From Deltaproteobacteria bacterium (GTDB lineage Bacteria > Lernaellota > Lernaellaia > JACKCT01): a stretch of DNA of 64,000 nucleotides. Within the stretch, counting starts at the first letter, position 1. Each line of letters begins with the position of its first letter. The stretch lies in contig JAOSJX010000002.1 of NCBI GenBank assembly GCA_027493875.1, positions 229,349 through 293,348 of the forward strand. Reading direction: 5' to 3'. This document shows, piece after piece, positions 1-10,615 of this stretch. Below the pieces are notes generated by a model. The model was not told the origin of the DNA and searched no databases. It saw nothing but the letters and a program-made list of their open reading frames with translations. The translations under genes and the position numbers were made by a program.

Positions 1-313
1 GTACGTGCTTACGTCCCGACCGCTTGGCGATGTCCCGCCCCGCGTGCACCGGTGGGAAGACGACGCCCCGTCACTCGTGGCGCATCTGCGCGGCGCGTCA
101 TTGGCGGGCGACGTGTGGCTGGTCGGCGGCGGGCTCGTCGTGGATGCGTTTCTCGCGATGGGCGCCATTGACGAGATCGAACTGTTCGTCATTCCCGTCT
201 TGCTGGGCGACGGTATCCCGCTGTTTCCAAAGAATGACCGATTCGCCGGTCTGCGTCTTACCGACTCGACCGTTTACAAAAACGGGGTTACGCGTCTCGT
301 TTACGCGCCCTAA
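1..313 (+). CDS. Dihydrofolate reductase/RibD C-terminal domain protein (5' end outside window)
   Basis: Motifs VWLVGGG, IDEIELFVIPVLLGDGIPLF and terminal 'NGVTRLVY' are typical of the RibD_C family. Confidence 0.75.
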   Translation, partial: YVLTSRPLGDVPPRVHRWEDDAPSLVAHLRGASLAGDVWLVGGGLVVDAFLAMGAIDEIELFVIPVLLGDGIPLFPKNDRFAGLRLTDSTVYKNGVTRLVYAP

Positions 314-1866
314 AACCCGCCGCCATCGTTCCACAGCGGCGGATAAAATCGGGCGGTCAACGCGTAATGCACATCGTCGTACCTTATTTTCCAGATCACC
401 TTTCCGTCCGAGGTTACATCCTCGGCCGTGGCGCCGGAACCCGTGGAAACGAGGGTATGGCCGTTTTCGCCGCGGTCGGCGCTTCCGAGAATCAGGGACA
501 CCGGCACGCGGTGTTCGAAGACGCGGCGGGCGGTCATGGCCTCTTCGTCCAGTTCGAGTTCCAGAGCACGCGACCATAATTCGTGCGGCGCGACGTCCGG
601 GAAAAAGGCATAGGCGTTGTCGAATAGCAGCACGCGGTTTCCGGGCAGAGATTGCGCATCGTGCTGAAAACCGAACCAACGTTCCGCGTCCGGCTCGTCG
701 CCGATCCACGTGAAGTCGAGACCGCGCCCGAGCTGCCATACGATGTCGCCGGTTTCGCCGTCGATCTTCACGACACGGCTGAGGTTGCGTAGCGAGACGA
801 GAAATGCGTTTTCGCCGGCGACCGGCGCCGCGGCGTTGCCGTGCGTCCAGTCGGTGGTGTCCGGGGCCCAATGATTTTCAAGGCAACTGAAGGGTACGGG
901 AACGCTTTGCGGAAACGCGTCGAGGTGATCGAAAATCGACCAGCGGAAAATCTCGGCGCCTTTATCGTCCACGACCGCGAGGCCGTCGCCGACGGCCGCC
1001 TCCGTCGGGGTGACGCCGTCGCATTTCAGCCCGTCGCCAAGTTCATTGAATAAAACGACGGCCCGCCACGGGCCGTGCGTCGCGTAATGAATTTGATGAT
1101 GCATCGGAAATAAATGAGGCGGCGAAACGCGCGGCCGGAGGAGGACCGACTGCGTTCCGTCCGGACGCACGCCGATGATATTGAATTGATCGTTGAGCAC
1201 GAGGGTGCCGTCGTCGGCGACCATCAACATCGAGGCGGTCTCGCCGGTTACGCGATGCGCGAAACGCAACCGCCCACGGCGATCGAAGATGACAACCCAG
1301 ATTTCCCTGGCGTCCAGCGTTAACGTGTACCAAGCGACCCACGCCGCGATCCACGGGGCGTCATCGGGTTGCGGGAACGCGCTTTCGAACCTATCCGGCA
1401 TGGGCACGCCCGCGGGCACGGCGGGCGTTTCGAAATCGCTTTCGGCCAGAATTTGTTCCGGGTCGCCCGCCACGTGAATGGCGACGTGGAACGCGCGTCC
1501 CGGAAGAAGCCCGAAGAACCACAGCTCATGAAACGCTGCCGGGCCGCTTGCCGACGGATTCGACGGACCGAATCCCGATTCCCCTTCGGTCGTCACAAAT
1601 CCGGAAATTTCGCAGTCACGATCGGTATGGACGGAGACCCGGCGGGCAAAAGGATTTCCTCCGGCGGACTCGACGTTGACGACGGTTCTTGCCGCGGTGC
1701 ATCTTTCGGCGTCGTCGGTGTCGTCATCATCTTCTTCAGCGGCGTCAGCCGTATCGTCATCGCCGTGCGGCGTGAAGTTATCGCCCGCGCAGGCAACCAA
1801 CATCGAACCCAAGAAGAGAACAAGAACTACCCGTCCGCAATGTAACGGCATCGCCAAACCCATCAA
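310..1866 (-). CDS. Aryl-sulfate sulfotransferase (ASST)-family lipoprotein with Asp-rich linker
   Basis: Lipobox LVAC, DDD-rich linker, ASST motifs DWTHGN, SLRNLSRVVKID..TGDIVWQLG, QHDA, LLFDN. Confidence 0.75.
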   Translation of the reverse strand: MMGLAMPLHCGRVVLVLFLGSMLVACAGDNFTPHGDDDTADAAEEDDDDTDDAERCTAARTVVNVESAGGNPFARRVSVHTDRDCEISGFVTTEGESGFGPSNPSASGPAAFHELWFFGLLPGRAFHVAIHVAGDPEQILAESDFETPAVPAGVPMPDRFESAFPQPDDAPWIAAWVAWYTLTLDAREIWVVIFDRRGRLRFAHRVTGETASMLMVADDGTLVLNDQFNIIGVRPDGTQSVLLRPRVSPPHLFPMHHQIHYATHGPWRAVVLFNELGDGLKCDGVTPTEAAVGDGLAVVDDKGAEIFRWSIFDHLDAFPQSVPVPFSCLENHWAPDTTDWTHGNAAAPVAGENAFLVSLRNLSRVVKIDGETGDIVWQLGRGLDFTWIGDEPDAERWFGFQHDAQSLPGNRVLLFDNAYAFFPDVAPHELWSRALELELDEEAMTARRVFEHRVPVSLILGSADRGENGHTLVSTGSGATAEDVTSDGKVIWKIRYDDVHYALTARFYPPLWNDGGGF

Positions 1867-1909
1867 GGGTCATTTGTTGTCGCGTATTATCGGGGATCGA
1901 ATTGCGAAA

Positions 1910-2000
1910 GGCTACAGGTTACAGGCTGCAGGCTGCGGGCGACATGCTTCAGGCTACAGGCTTCAGGCTACAGGCTGCAGGCTACAGGCTGCAGGTTACC
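1910..2000. repeat. Heptamer tandem repeat, 13 units, consensus GGCT(A/G)CA
   Basis: GGCTACA GGTTACA GGCTGCA GGCTGCG GGCGACA TGCTTCA GGCTACA GGCTTCA GGCTACA GGCTGCA GGCTACA GGCTGCA GGTTACC read directly. Confidence 0.9.
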
Positions 2001-2016
2001 GGTTGCGGTGGAGCAA

Positions 2017-3416
2017 TCAGGACATGGGTAACGGATCTGGGTCAGGACATGGGTAACACTTTTCGGCTTGGGGATCACGCGTTGGGGGCGGAGGGAGGCG
2101 GAGCCTCCCGGAGGCCCCCAACGCGTTGCGCGTTCGCCGACGGGCGGCAGGTTACCCGTCGCATCGCAGGTCCTCGTTTGTCGCGGGGTGGAACGACTCG
2201 GTGCTCAGGTCGACCCGTCCCAAACAAAGCCGCGCGAAGTAAAGCGCGTACTCCCGTCCGCCCCGCGGCTTCAGGCCGACGTTCCAACCGCGCAGCGCCG
2301 TGCTGATGGCGATCGCCATGCCGTGGAGCTTGATTTGTCCGGCGGCGTTGACACGGCGGTCGAGGAGATCGTCGGGGTAATCGAGTTGATCCGGCGTCCC
2401 CTCGTAACGCCGCGAGGACGGGCTGTAGATCTCCGCCGGGCACCGCATGCCCAGCGCCTCGTGAGGCCGTTCGTCATTAAAGGTATGGCGCCATGTCTCC
2501 AACGCCGCTTGGTGGCGGGCCAGATCGCCGTTGATGCGTCGTTCGAGGTCCCGGGCCAAGTCGCCGTGCATCCGCTCGTGCGCGCCGTTCTGATAGGGGC
2601 AGCCGGGGTCGATGCGGTCCAGGTCGATCCCCAGGGCCAGCCACCACGCTGACAGGCGGCTCAACCCCAAGGAGCGGTCGTCGCGGCGAAAGGACGCCCG
2701 TTGTCGCTGCGGATCGTGCCGGGTAATCCGTAGCGCTCGAACAGACCTTCGCAGGCCTGCTGCACCGTCTCGGTGCGGGCGTCGGGGAGAATCGCCGAAG
2801 CCAGCACATACCGGCTGTAGGCGTCGCGGACGGTGAACGGTTCGCACCGCTCGTGGGTGGGCGTGTACCACCAGCCCTTGAAATCCACCGTCCAGACGTC
2901 GTTGGGGGCTTGGGCGTCGACCCGGCTTTGAAGCCGGCCCGTGTCGCGGGACCGGCGCGAACGGCGCTTCTCGACTAGACCCGCTTTGTCCAGAACGCGC
3001 TTCACGGAACTCTCCGACGGAAGAGGTTGAGCGCGGTGGCGGCGCGCGTAGAGTTCCCGGATTTTCCGCGGCCCCCAGGTCCGGTGCGCCTGTTTCAGCC
3101 GGACGATCTCGCAGACGACCTGTTCCGGCAGCGCCGCGGGGCTCGCGGCGGGACGACGCGACTGATCGTGAAGACCGGAGGACCCCTCTTGGAAAAAACG
3201 CTGTTTCCACTTATAGCCGGTCTTGGGGCTGACACCGTATTCGGCGCAAAGCGTTCGAAACGGCGTGGGCTCGGTCAGACTGCGCAACACGAATTCCAGG
3301 CGAAGACTCATGGCATCACGCTCCTTCCAGGGCATCGGCGGACCTCCTCCAAGCGGAAGTCCAACCGATTAAACCGTTACCTAGGTCCTGAACCAGAAGT
3401 GTTACCCATGTCCTGA
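2017..3416 (-). mobile_element. IS481-family insertion sequence (outer ends approximate, about 2009-3425)
   Basis: TCAGGACATGGGTAAC at 2017 and 2042; inverted copies at 3376 (2 mismatches) and 3401; 20-bp perfect inverted match 2042-2061 / 3397-3416; encloses transposase. Confidence 0.85.
2152..3335 (-). CDS. IS481-family transposase (HTH + rve integrase core), one frameshift near 2665
   Basis: MPWKE..MSLRLEFV N-terminus, WTVDFKGW, IRSDNGRPF, then LGLSRLSAWW, PYQNGAHERMH, FNDERPHEAL in the second frame. Confidence 0.9.
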
Positions 3417-3473
3417 ACCTGGACCCGGTGCGGAAGACCCGCACGCCATTTCGTGGAACGATGAAACGGATTG

Positions 3474-3926
3474 TTATCGGCCCGAAGATTCTTCGTCGGC
3501 GAATGCGATAAGGCCGTCGAGGCAGCCGTTCCACCCCTGCTCGTGATTGTCGCGAATCGCGTCGCTCGCGATCCGCTCGTGGATCACGATGACCTCGGTG
3601 CCCTCGGCGTGCGTTTCGAACCGCACGGTCACGCGCGACGGCGCGGGGATGCCGGGATCGACACGCCAACTGTAAACGAGCTTCGTGGGCGGTTCGATCA
3701 ACTCGAACTCGCCGTGGATGACGACGATGTTGCCGTCGGGCAGTTTGTTGGCGATGCGGTAATGCCCTCCGACGCGCAAATCGACGTCGGCCTCCGGGCA
3801 GGTGACGCCTTCGGGGCCCCACCACCGCTTGAGAAATTCGGACTTGGTCCAGGCGTCGAAAACGCGCTCGACCGGCGCGCGCACGGTGCGCCGTACGACC
3901 AAGCTGAGATTCGCCGCTTCGGTCAT
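3474..3926 (-). CDS. SRPBCC/AHSA1 (Hsp90 ATPase activator homolog 1-like) domain protein
   Basis: RTVRAPVERVFDAWT..WWGP, DLRVGG.YRI, HEQGWNGCLDGL. Confidence 0.85.
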   Translation of the reverse strand: MTEAANLSLVVRRTVRAPVERVFDAWTKSEFLKRWWGPEGVTCPEADVDLRVGGHYRIANKLPDGNIVVIHGEFELIEPPTKLVYSWRVDPGIPAPSRVTVRFETHAEGTEVIVIHERIASDAIRDNHEQGWNGCLDGLIAFADEESSGR

Positions 3927-4300
3927 TTTTTTGAGCCTTTTCCCTTTGGTTGTCTGTTTGCTTTCGGTTCCACGTAAACGGCGAGCCGGTCAAGGGTGCT
4001 TTCCCAGAAGTACCGGTAGTGATCGAGCCAGGCTCTCGCGTCGGCGAGCGGCTCGGGCCCAAGAGAGCAGCGGTGAATGCGGCCCTCCACATCCCGTCGG
4101 ATCAGGCCGGCGCGCTCTAAAACTTTGAGGTGTTTCGAGACAGCCGGCAGGGACATGGTGAAGGGTTCGGCGAGGTCGGTCACCCGTTCGGGACCCACCG
4201 CGAGACGCGCGAGGATGCGGCGGCGCGTCCGGTCGGCCAGCGCGCCGAACACGACGTCGAGCGCCTCGTCATCCTCATATTTCAGCGCCGTTGACACCAT
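3923..4300 (-). CDS. ArsR/SmtB-family transcriptional regulator
   Basis: VFGALADRTRRRILARL, MSLPAVSKHLKVLERAGLI; overlaps the downstream SRPBCC gene by 4 nt. Confidence 0.9.
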   Translation of the reverse strand: MVSTALKYEDDEALDVVFGALADRTRRRILARLAVGPERVTDLAEPFTMSLPAVSKHLKVLERAGLIRRDVEGRIHRCSLGPEPLADARAWLDHYRYFWESTLDRLAVYVEPKANRQPKGKGSKK

Positions 4301-4311
4301 CGGCAAAAATT

Positions 4312-4329
4312 GTTAACCGTTTGGTTAAC
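4312..4329. promoter_or_regulatory. Palindromic operator, probable ArsR site between divergent genes
   Basis: GTTAACC-GTTT-GGTTAAC perfect 7-4-7 inverted repeat, 11 bp upstream of the ArsR ATG. Confidence 0.7.
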
Positions 4330-4371
4330 TTTTGTCAATCCCGACGCACGCTATTCATCAAGGAGCACCGC

Positions 4372-4758
4372 ATGCCGAAAATTCGCCAAGAAGTGACATT
4401 TGCCGCGCCGCCGGCCCGGATTTACCGCGCGCTCATGGATTCCGCGGAGCACGCGGCGTTTACCGGCGGTCCCGCGGAAATCAGCCCGGACGAGGGCGGC
4501 TCGTTCTCGTGCCACGGCGGAAAGGTCGTCGGGCGCAACGTGGAACTCGTTCCCGACAAGCGCATCGTCCAGGCGTGGCGCCCGGCGGATTGGCCGGAGG
4601 GGCTTTATTCCATGGTCCGGTTCGAGCTGAACGACGAGGGCGCCAAGACGCGTCTGGTACTGGATCACGACGGCCTGCCGGAGGACGCGGTCGAACACAT
4701 TTCGGGCGGATGGAAGATGATGTATTGGGAGCCGCTCGAAAAATTCCTTAAAGATTAA
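4372..4758 (+). CDS. SRPBCC/AHSA1 domain protein
   Basis: AGGAG RBS then MPKIRQEVTFAAPPARIYRALMD, ELVPDKRIVQAWR, GWKMMYWEPL. Confidence 0.85.
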   Translation: MPKIRQEVTFAAPPARIYRALMDSAEHAAFTGGPAEISPDEGGSFSCHGGKVVGRNVELVPDKRIVQAWRPADWPEGLYSMVRFELNDEGAKTRLVLDHDGLPEDAVEHISGGWKMMYWEPLEKFLKD

Positions 4759-4883
4759 CGCCGGCCCGATCGGGGGCGCCGCGGCGCCTCCTCCTTCTCC
4801 TCCCTTCGCCAACTCCCCGATTTTGGAACGCCGTCCCGCGCTCGCGCGTATGTTAGAGTGAACGCACGAAAGGACGGCCCCCC

Positions 4884-5889
4884 ATGAGTACGACGGTAAA
4901 ATTTTTTGGCCCTGTTCGCTTTTATCCTCGCTTTCGCGTTGATCGCCATGCGCGGCAAGGCGGCTTCGAACAACGACGACGCGGACTCGCCGCCGACGGC
5001 GAAAAAATACCGCGAACTGACGCGCGAGGAAGCGCACGTGATTCTGGACAAGGGAACGGAACGCGCTTTTTCCGGCAAATACTGGAACAACCACGAAGAC
5101 GGCATCTACCGCTGCCGGCAATGCGGCGTGCAGCTCTTCTCGTCCGACGCGAAGTTCGATTCCCGCACCGGCTGGCCGAGCTTTGACGACGCTCTTCCCG
5201 GCGCCGTGAAGAGAATCAAAGACGCCGACGGCATGCGCACGGAAATCGTGTGCGCGAACTGCGGCGGGCATCTCGGGCACGTTTTCTACGGCGAGGGATT
5301 TACGCCGAAAAACGCGCGGTACTGCGTCAATTCCATTTCTCTGGACTTCGAGGCGGGCAATCCGTCCGGCGGCACCGAGGACGCGAAAACCGACGCGGCG
5401 TCCGCGTACGAAACCGCGTATTTCGCGGGTGGATGCTTCTGGGGCGTCGAGTATTACTTCGATAAAGAACCGGGCGTGATTTCCGCCGAGTCCGGGTTCA
5501 TGGGCGGGCACGTCGATCACGTCTCGTACCGGAAGGTCACGACGGGACGCACCGGGCACGCGGAGACGGTGAAGATCGTTTTCGACCCCGCCAAGACGTC
5601 ATACGAAAGACTCGCGCGGCTCTTTTTCGAGATTCACGATCCGACGCAGGTGAACCGGCAGGGCCCGGACCGCGGAACGCAATACCGGTCGGCGGTGTTC
5701 TACACGTCGGACGAGCAGCACGCGACGGCCGAGAAACTCATCGATCTTCTCCAGGCGAAGGGGTTCAAGGTTGCGACGGAGGTGTCGAAGGCCGGCGAAT
5801 TCTGGAAGGCCGAGGACTATCACCAGGACTACTACGAGCACAAAGGCAGCAAGCCCTACTGTCACTTCCGCACCAAACGTTTCGATTAA
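4884..5889 (+). CDS. msrAB: Bifunctional methionine sulfoxide reductase MsrB-MsrA with signal peptide (frameshift in T-run near 4900)
   Basis: MsrB motifs [38 protein letters not shown]; MsrA motifs [36 protein letters not shown]. Confidence 0.92.
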
Positions 5890-6798
5890 GCGAACGGCTG
5901 AATGACCGCCGCGTGCTTCTCCAGGAAGTCACCGAAGATTTCCGGGTGAACGCACGCGGCGAGTATTTCGAGAGACTCGACAAGACGAGGACCCGGCCGA
6001 TTGAAGTAGGCGTTGCCGTCGGTGACGTAAATGCGCGCCGTATCGCCCAGCGGGTCGAGAACCATCCTTTCAGCGCTTCCTTCTCCCGCAACGTGGTTTC
6101 GATCGGATAGCCGCACGGTTTGATCAGGACAATTTCCGGTCCCAACGCGGCCAGTTCCTCAGGCGCCACCGTCGGGGCGGGTCCTCCGGGCGTTGCGCCG
6201 ACCGGCAATCCCCGGCGAGCCGGATGAGTTCCGGCATCCACGTTCCGCCGAGCATCAGCGGCTCGATACATTCCACGGTGGCCACGCGCGGGCGCCACGA
6301 CAGTCCTGCGGCGCGTTCGGCCATCTCGTTCATGCGGCCTCGGAGTTCGGCGCGAACGACTTTGCCTTCCCCGCCCCGACCAATGGCCGATGCAATCCGC
6401 TCGATGTCGCCGAAAATGTCCGCGAGACGCGTCGGGCGTAGGCTGACGACGTTGACGGCGTCCCGATGGGCGAGACGCGCGACGGCGTTGCGAACGTCAT
6501 CGAGCGACACGGCGCACACGTCGCAAAGATCCTGCGTGACGATGACATCGGGTGCCAATTCGGCGAGCTTGTTCTCATCCACGATGTAGATACTGAGGGC
6601 ATCGCGAATTGCGTAACGCACCGCTTCGTCTATTTCGCGGCTGGCGCCGCCGAGATGCGTTCGAGGGGCGGTCAGAACCGTGCGATCCCGCACCGCGGCG
6701 GGAAAATCACATTCGTGGGAAATGCCGACGAGTTCGGCTTCGGCCCCGAGGGCGCAGACGATTTCCGTGGCGGACGGCAGAAGCGACACGATTCGCAC
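5886..6798 (-). CDS. BtuF-like cobalamin/Fe-siderophore periplasmic binding protein (at least 2 frameshifts)
   Basis: [29 protein letters not shown]; [14 protein letters not shown]; C-terminal [21 protein letters not shown]. Confidence 0.8.
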
Positions 6799-6919
6799 GG
6801 ACCTGAACCTCCTTCTGCCGCATGACCATTTTTGTAGCATGCAGAGCGATTGCGATCGGTGAATCAGTTCACACGAGATGATATTGACAGCGACATTTCT
6901 CTGGTGTCCCGTACACGGT

Positions 6920-8146
6920 ATGCATCACACGATTTGGCGTTCCGCCGGTTGGATCGCGGTTTTGGCGGGCGTCTTCGCTCTTTTATCGTGCGGCGGCAGC
7001 GGCGGCGACGACGATGACGATACCGCGTTGGGCGATGACGACACGTCCGGTGGCGACACAGACATCGACGATGACACCGCCGCGGATGACGATCAGGCCG
7101 ACGACGACGGATTTCCCGACGATGACGGCTTTCCCGATGACGACGGCGGCGGCGATGACGACATTTCCGACGACGATTCGATTGAACCTTTTTCTCTTGC
7201 CGATATTCAACCGAGCGAAGGCGGAGCTTCGGCCGTTACCGAGGTTACGCTGACGGGCAGCGGGTTTGACGGCGGATTGCGCGTTTTTGTGGGCGGCGTC
7301 GAGGCCACCGGCGTGAACGTTCTCTCGTCCAGCGAGGCGCGGGCCGCTTTCGGGCCGGTCGAGCTGACGGACCGCGGCGTCAAAGATGTGCGGATCGAAC
7401 TCGGCGACGAGCAATCGGCGTTACCGGGTGCGTTCACATTCTATTTTGACGAAGACCCGATCGTCTTCGTGCACGGCTACGTCGTCCCGGCGAGCGAATG
7501 GAACGAAATGAAAAACCGGTTCCGCGCCCTCGGCTATCCGGACGACGCCCTTTGGGCGGTACGGTTTTCGAGTGTCATTCAAAGCAGCCGCATCAACGGC
7601 CGCGACGAACTGCCGCCGTATGTCGACGATGTGCTCGCCTCAACGGGCGCGGACAAGGTCGACATCGTCGCGCACAGCATGGGTGGGCTTTCGACGCGTT
7701 TGTGGATCAAGTTCTACGGCGGCGAGGACAAGGTGCGCGACTACGTGTCACTGTCCGGAACGCATCACGGCACGATCATGTCCTGTCTGATTCCGTGGCT
7801 CGGCGAAGGCTCCGCGGAGACCTGTCCGGCCTATGCGGACGAAGCCGACAGCGTCAATGCGGTGCAATGGGATTTAAACGGCGATCCGGATTCGGCGGAC
7901 GTGGACGAGACGCCGTTCGGCGTGGAAGACGGAGGCGATATTTATTGGAGCGCGCTTCGGACGGATGCGGATATCATCGATGTTCCGTCGCATACGTGCT
8001 GCTTGAATCAAAGTTTTCGAGGTGACTGCTCCGACCCGATCAACATTGAAGTCCACGGCGTCGGGCATATTGAGATGGCCCGCGATCCCGGCGTCTTCGA
8101 GATCGTGCGCGATCTCGTACGCGCCCACAACGTAAGTCATCCGTAG
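6920..8146 (+). CDS. Lipoprotein: Asp-rich linker + IPT/TIG domain + class-2 lipase-like alpha/beta hydrolase
   Basis: Lipobox LLSC, DDD linker, GTEV-like VTLTGSGF IPT signature, PIVFVHG oxyanion motif, AHSMGG nucleophile elbow, GVGHIEM. Confidence 0.8.
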   Translation: MHHTIWRSAGWIAVLAGVFALLSCGGSGGDDDDDTALGDDDTSGGDTDIDDDTAADDDQADDDGFPDDDGFPDDDGGGDDDISDDDSIEPFSLADIQPSEGGASAVTEVTLTGSGFDGGLRVFVGGVEATGVNVLSSSEARAAFGPVELTDRGVKDVRIELGDEQSALPGAFTFYFDEDPIVFVHGYVVPASEWNEMKNRFRALGYPDDALWAVRFSSVIQSSRINGRDELPPYVDDVLASTGADKVDIVAHSMGGLSTRLWIKFYGGEDKVRDYVSLSGTHHGTIMSCLIPWLGEGSAETCPAYADEADSVNAVQWDLNGDPDSADVDETPFGVEDGGDIYWSALRTDADIIDVPSHTCCLNQSFRGDCSDPINIEVHGVGHIEMARDPGVFEIVRDLVRAHNVSHP

Positions 8147-8149
8147 ACG

Positions 8150-9224
8150 ATGAAAGCGCTTAAACCCACCCTCTGGTTCATTCTGTTCCTGTCGGCCGGT
8201 TATCTGGCGTTCTGGCCGGTTCCGATCGATCCGGAATCGTGGACGCCTCCCGCGCCCGCCGCTTGGAAACCGTCGGGAGATTTCGGCGGCGCGACGCGCG
8301 TCGACATTCCGGGCGGCGCGGGGCCGGAGGACGTCGACGTCGATTCGGAAGGCCGTGTTGTCGTCGGACTCGACGACGGACGCGTGATGCGGTGGCCCTT
8401 GGACGGCGGGCCGCCGGATGTTTTGGCGGATACCGGCGGGGAGGCCGCTCGGCCTCCACTGGGACGCGAACGGCAACCTGCTGATCGCGGATACGGAGAA
8501 GGGCCTGCTGCGGGTTTCGCCGGAGGGAGGCGTGGAGACGTTGACGGCGTCGTGCGGAGGCCGGCCACTCGTCTTTACCGACGATCTCGAAACGACGAGC
8601 GACGGACGCATCTGGTTTACCGACGCGTCGATCCGCTTCAAACGCGCGCATTGGAAGATGGATATTATCGAAAACCGCGGCAACGGGCGGCTTTGCGTCT
8701 ACGATCCGAAAGACGGAAGCACGCTTCAATACCGCGACGCGATGTACTTTGCGAATGGCGTCGCCATCGACCCGGACGAGCAATTCGTCCTCGTCAACGA
8801 AACCTCTCGCTACCGCGTCCGGCGGATATGGATCGCGGGGCCGCAGCAAGGCGAATCCGACATTTTCATCGGTAACCTGCCCGGTTTTCCGGACGGCATT
8901 TCGACGGGGACGGACGGTGTTTTCTGGATCGCGATGGCCAGCCCACGCAACGCGATCCTCGATGCGACATCGTCGTGGCCGCGCGTCCGCGCCATGATCC
9001 TGCGTCTGCCGGAGTTTGTGGTTCCGAAGCCCGAAAGTACCGCCCGCGTGATCGGCGTGAACCGGGACGGCCAGGTTGTGGCCGATCTCTTCGACCCGAC
9101 CGGCCACCCGATTTCCATGGTCACGAGCGTGCAGGAGCGCAACGGGAAATTGTATCTCGGCAGTTTGACGGACACGGCGTGGGGTTGGATTCCGCGGCCG
9201 ACGACAAGGAAGGAGACGCATTGA
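8150..9224 (+). CDS. Strictosidine synthase/SMP-30 gluconolactonase-like beta-propeller protein (frameshift near 8440)
   Basis: GPEDVDVD, GRPLGLHWD..GNLLIAD, IWFTDAS, YFANGVA, NLPGFPDGI. Confidence 0.85.
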
Positions 9225-9646
9225 AGCCGTACATCACGATGGTTACGTTGGGCGTTACCGATCTCGAACGGTCGCGGAAGTTTTATTGCGAGGGGCTTGG
9301 CTGGACGGCGTCGAGCGCAAGCCAGGAGGCGGTCGTCTTCATTCAGGCCGGACGCGTGGTGCTCGGCCTTTTCTCCCGCGAATCGCTGGCGGAGGACGCG
9401 GACGTATCCGCCGAGGGAAGTGGTTTCCGCGGAATCACGCTGGCGCATAACGTGGGCTCGCGCGAGGAAGTCGACGCCGTTTTCGACGATGTGCGCCGCG
9501 CAAGGGCGACGATCGTGAAAGAGCCGCAAGAGGTTTTTTGGGGCGGTTACTCAGGTTATTTCGCCGACCCGGACGGGCACCTCTGGGAAGTCGCGCACAA
9601 TCCGTTCTGGCCGCTGGGCGACGATGGAAGCGTCACCCTTCCCTAA
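9221..9646 (+). CDS. VOC/glyoxalase family protein
   Basis: TTG start after AGGAG; [49 protein letters not shown]. Confidence 0.88.
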   Translation: MKPYITMVTLGVTDLERSRKFYCEGLGWTASSASQEAVVFIQAGRVVLGLFSRESLAEDADVSAEGSGFRGITLAHNVGSREEVDAVFDDVRRARATIVKEPQEVFWGGYSGYFADPDGHLWEVAHNPFWPLGDDGSVTLP

Positions 9647-9648
9647 CG

Positions 9649-10201
9649 ATGGCCGAAAAAACTCTTCGACAGCCGCGGCTATGCGATTCTGACGGACGGG
9701 CAAACCGTGTGGTTCGCGGACCGGAGGACGCGCGGACCGATCATCGCTTTGTGTGTTTCGGCGGGGATCGCCTTTATTGCCGCCGCGAACGCGTCGATTT
9801 GGATTGTTCAGGCGGTATCGTCGGACGGCTGGAGCCCAGAGGCGACCGCGGCGGTTACTTTGTCGGGGTTGTGCCTGGCTTCCGGCTTCTTCGCTTACGG
9901 GATGTTCCGGCTCTATAAGCGCCGGCGCGACCAAGATCCCATGACCGATTTGAGAACGCTTGTCGCCGACCGCGATAGCGGCTCGTTGCGGCGCCTTGGC
10001 GGGCAGCACCTCGCCGCGCTCGCCGAGATTAAGGTGTCGGTGCGGCTCGATCTGACGGACAGTACGGGTGGATGGATGCGCGTCGTGACGCTGCGCTGGC
10101 GCGGCGCGAAACGGCGTATCTTCAAGTCGGGCGACAAGCAGGCGGTGAAACGGTTGACCGCGTGGCTCAGCGAACGTGGAATCGGCGTTCCAAATACTTA
10201 G
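9649..10201 (+). CDS. Hypothetical membrane protein (2 TM helices + soluble C-terminus; probable frameshift in A-run near 9660)
   Basis: ORF 9707-10201 has two hydrophobic segments; upstream ATG at 9649 joins it after a one-base shift. Confidence 0.55.
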
Positions 10202-10589
10202 AACATCGTATTGTCGTTCGCGAGCGCGTCCGGAACTTTTTTGCAGCACATCCCAGTGCTCGACGATTTTTCCGTTCGCGTCGATGCGGAAAATATCGAT
10301 GCTCGCCCAGTCGGCGTCGCCGGGCCATTCCTGGCGCGTATGCACGGCGACGAGGTCGCCCTCGGCGATCGCGCGGATGAAGTGAACGCGCTTGCCGGGG
10401 TACTCGGCGGCGAGGCGCTTGAAGTAGGCGATAAACCCTTCTTTTTCCGCTCACGACCGTCGGGTTGTGCTGGATGTACTCGTCGCCGACGTATTGCGCG
10501 ACGGCTTCTTCGGGTTTGCCGTCGTTAAAAGCCATGGCGTAAAAAGCCATCACGTTTTTCTTGTTTTGCTCAAGCCGATCGTCGCTCAT
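10198..10589 (-). CDS. SnoaL-like (NTF2-fold) domain protein, 2 frameshifts
   Basis: [31 protein letters not shown]; AEGDLVAVH; [19 protein letters not shown]; ends ANDNTMF*. Confidence 0.85.
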
Positions 10590-10615
10590 TTCAAGATCCC
10601 TTCTCGTCCGACGCG

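Noticed and set aside
2000-2016. Target-site duplication for IS481 (CCGGTTGCGG left versus CCGGTGCGG near 3424)
   Set aside because: Imperfect match and not symmetrically placed relative to the repeat-defined ends
1902-2306. ORFs running through the heptamer array (GYRLQA repeats)
   Set aside because: Translation of a non-triplet repeat crossing the IS boundary; no RBS or homology signal
2660-2700. Programmed frameshift in the IS481 transposase
   Set aside because: The break is inside the catalytic core near a G/C run with no slippery heptamer, and indels are pervasive in this assembly
6799-6919. Cobalamin riboswitch upstream of the BtuF-like gene
   Set aside because: Only about 120 bp to the divergent gene, and no B12-box or other conserved riboswitch motifs visible
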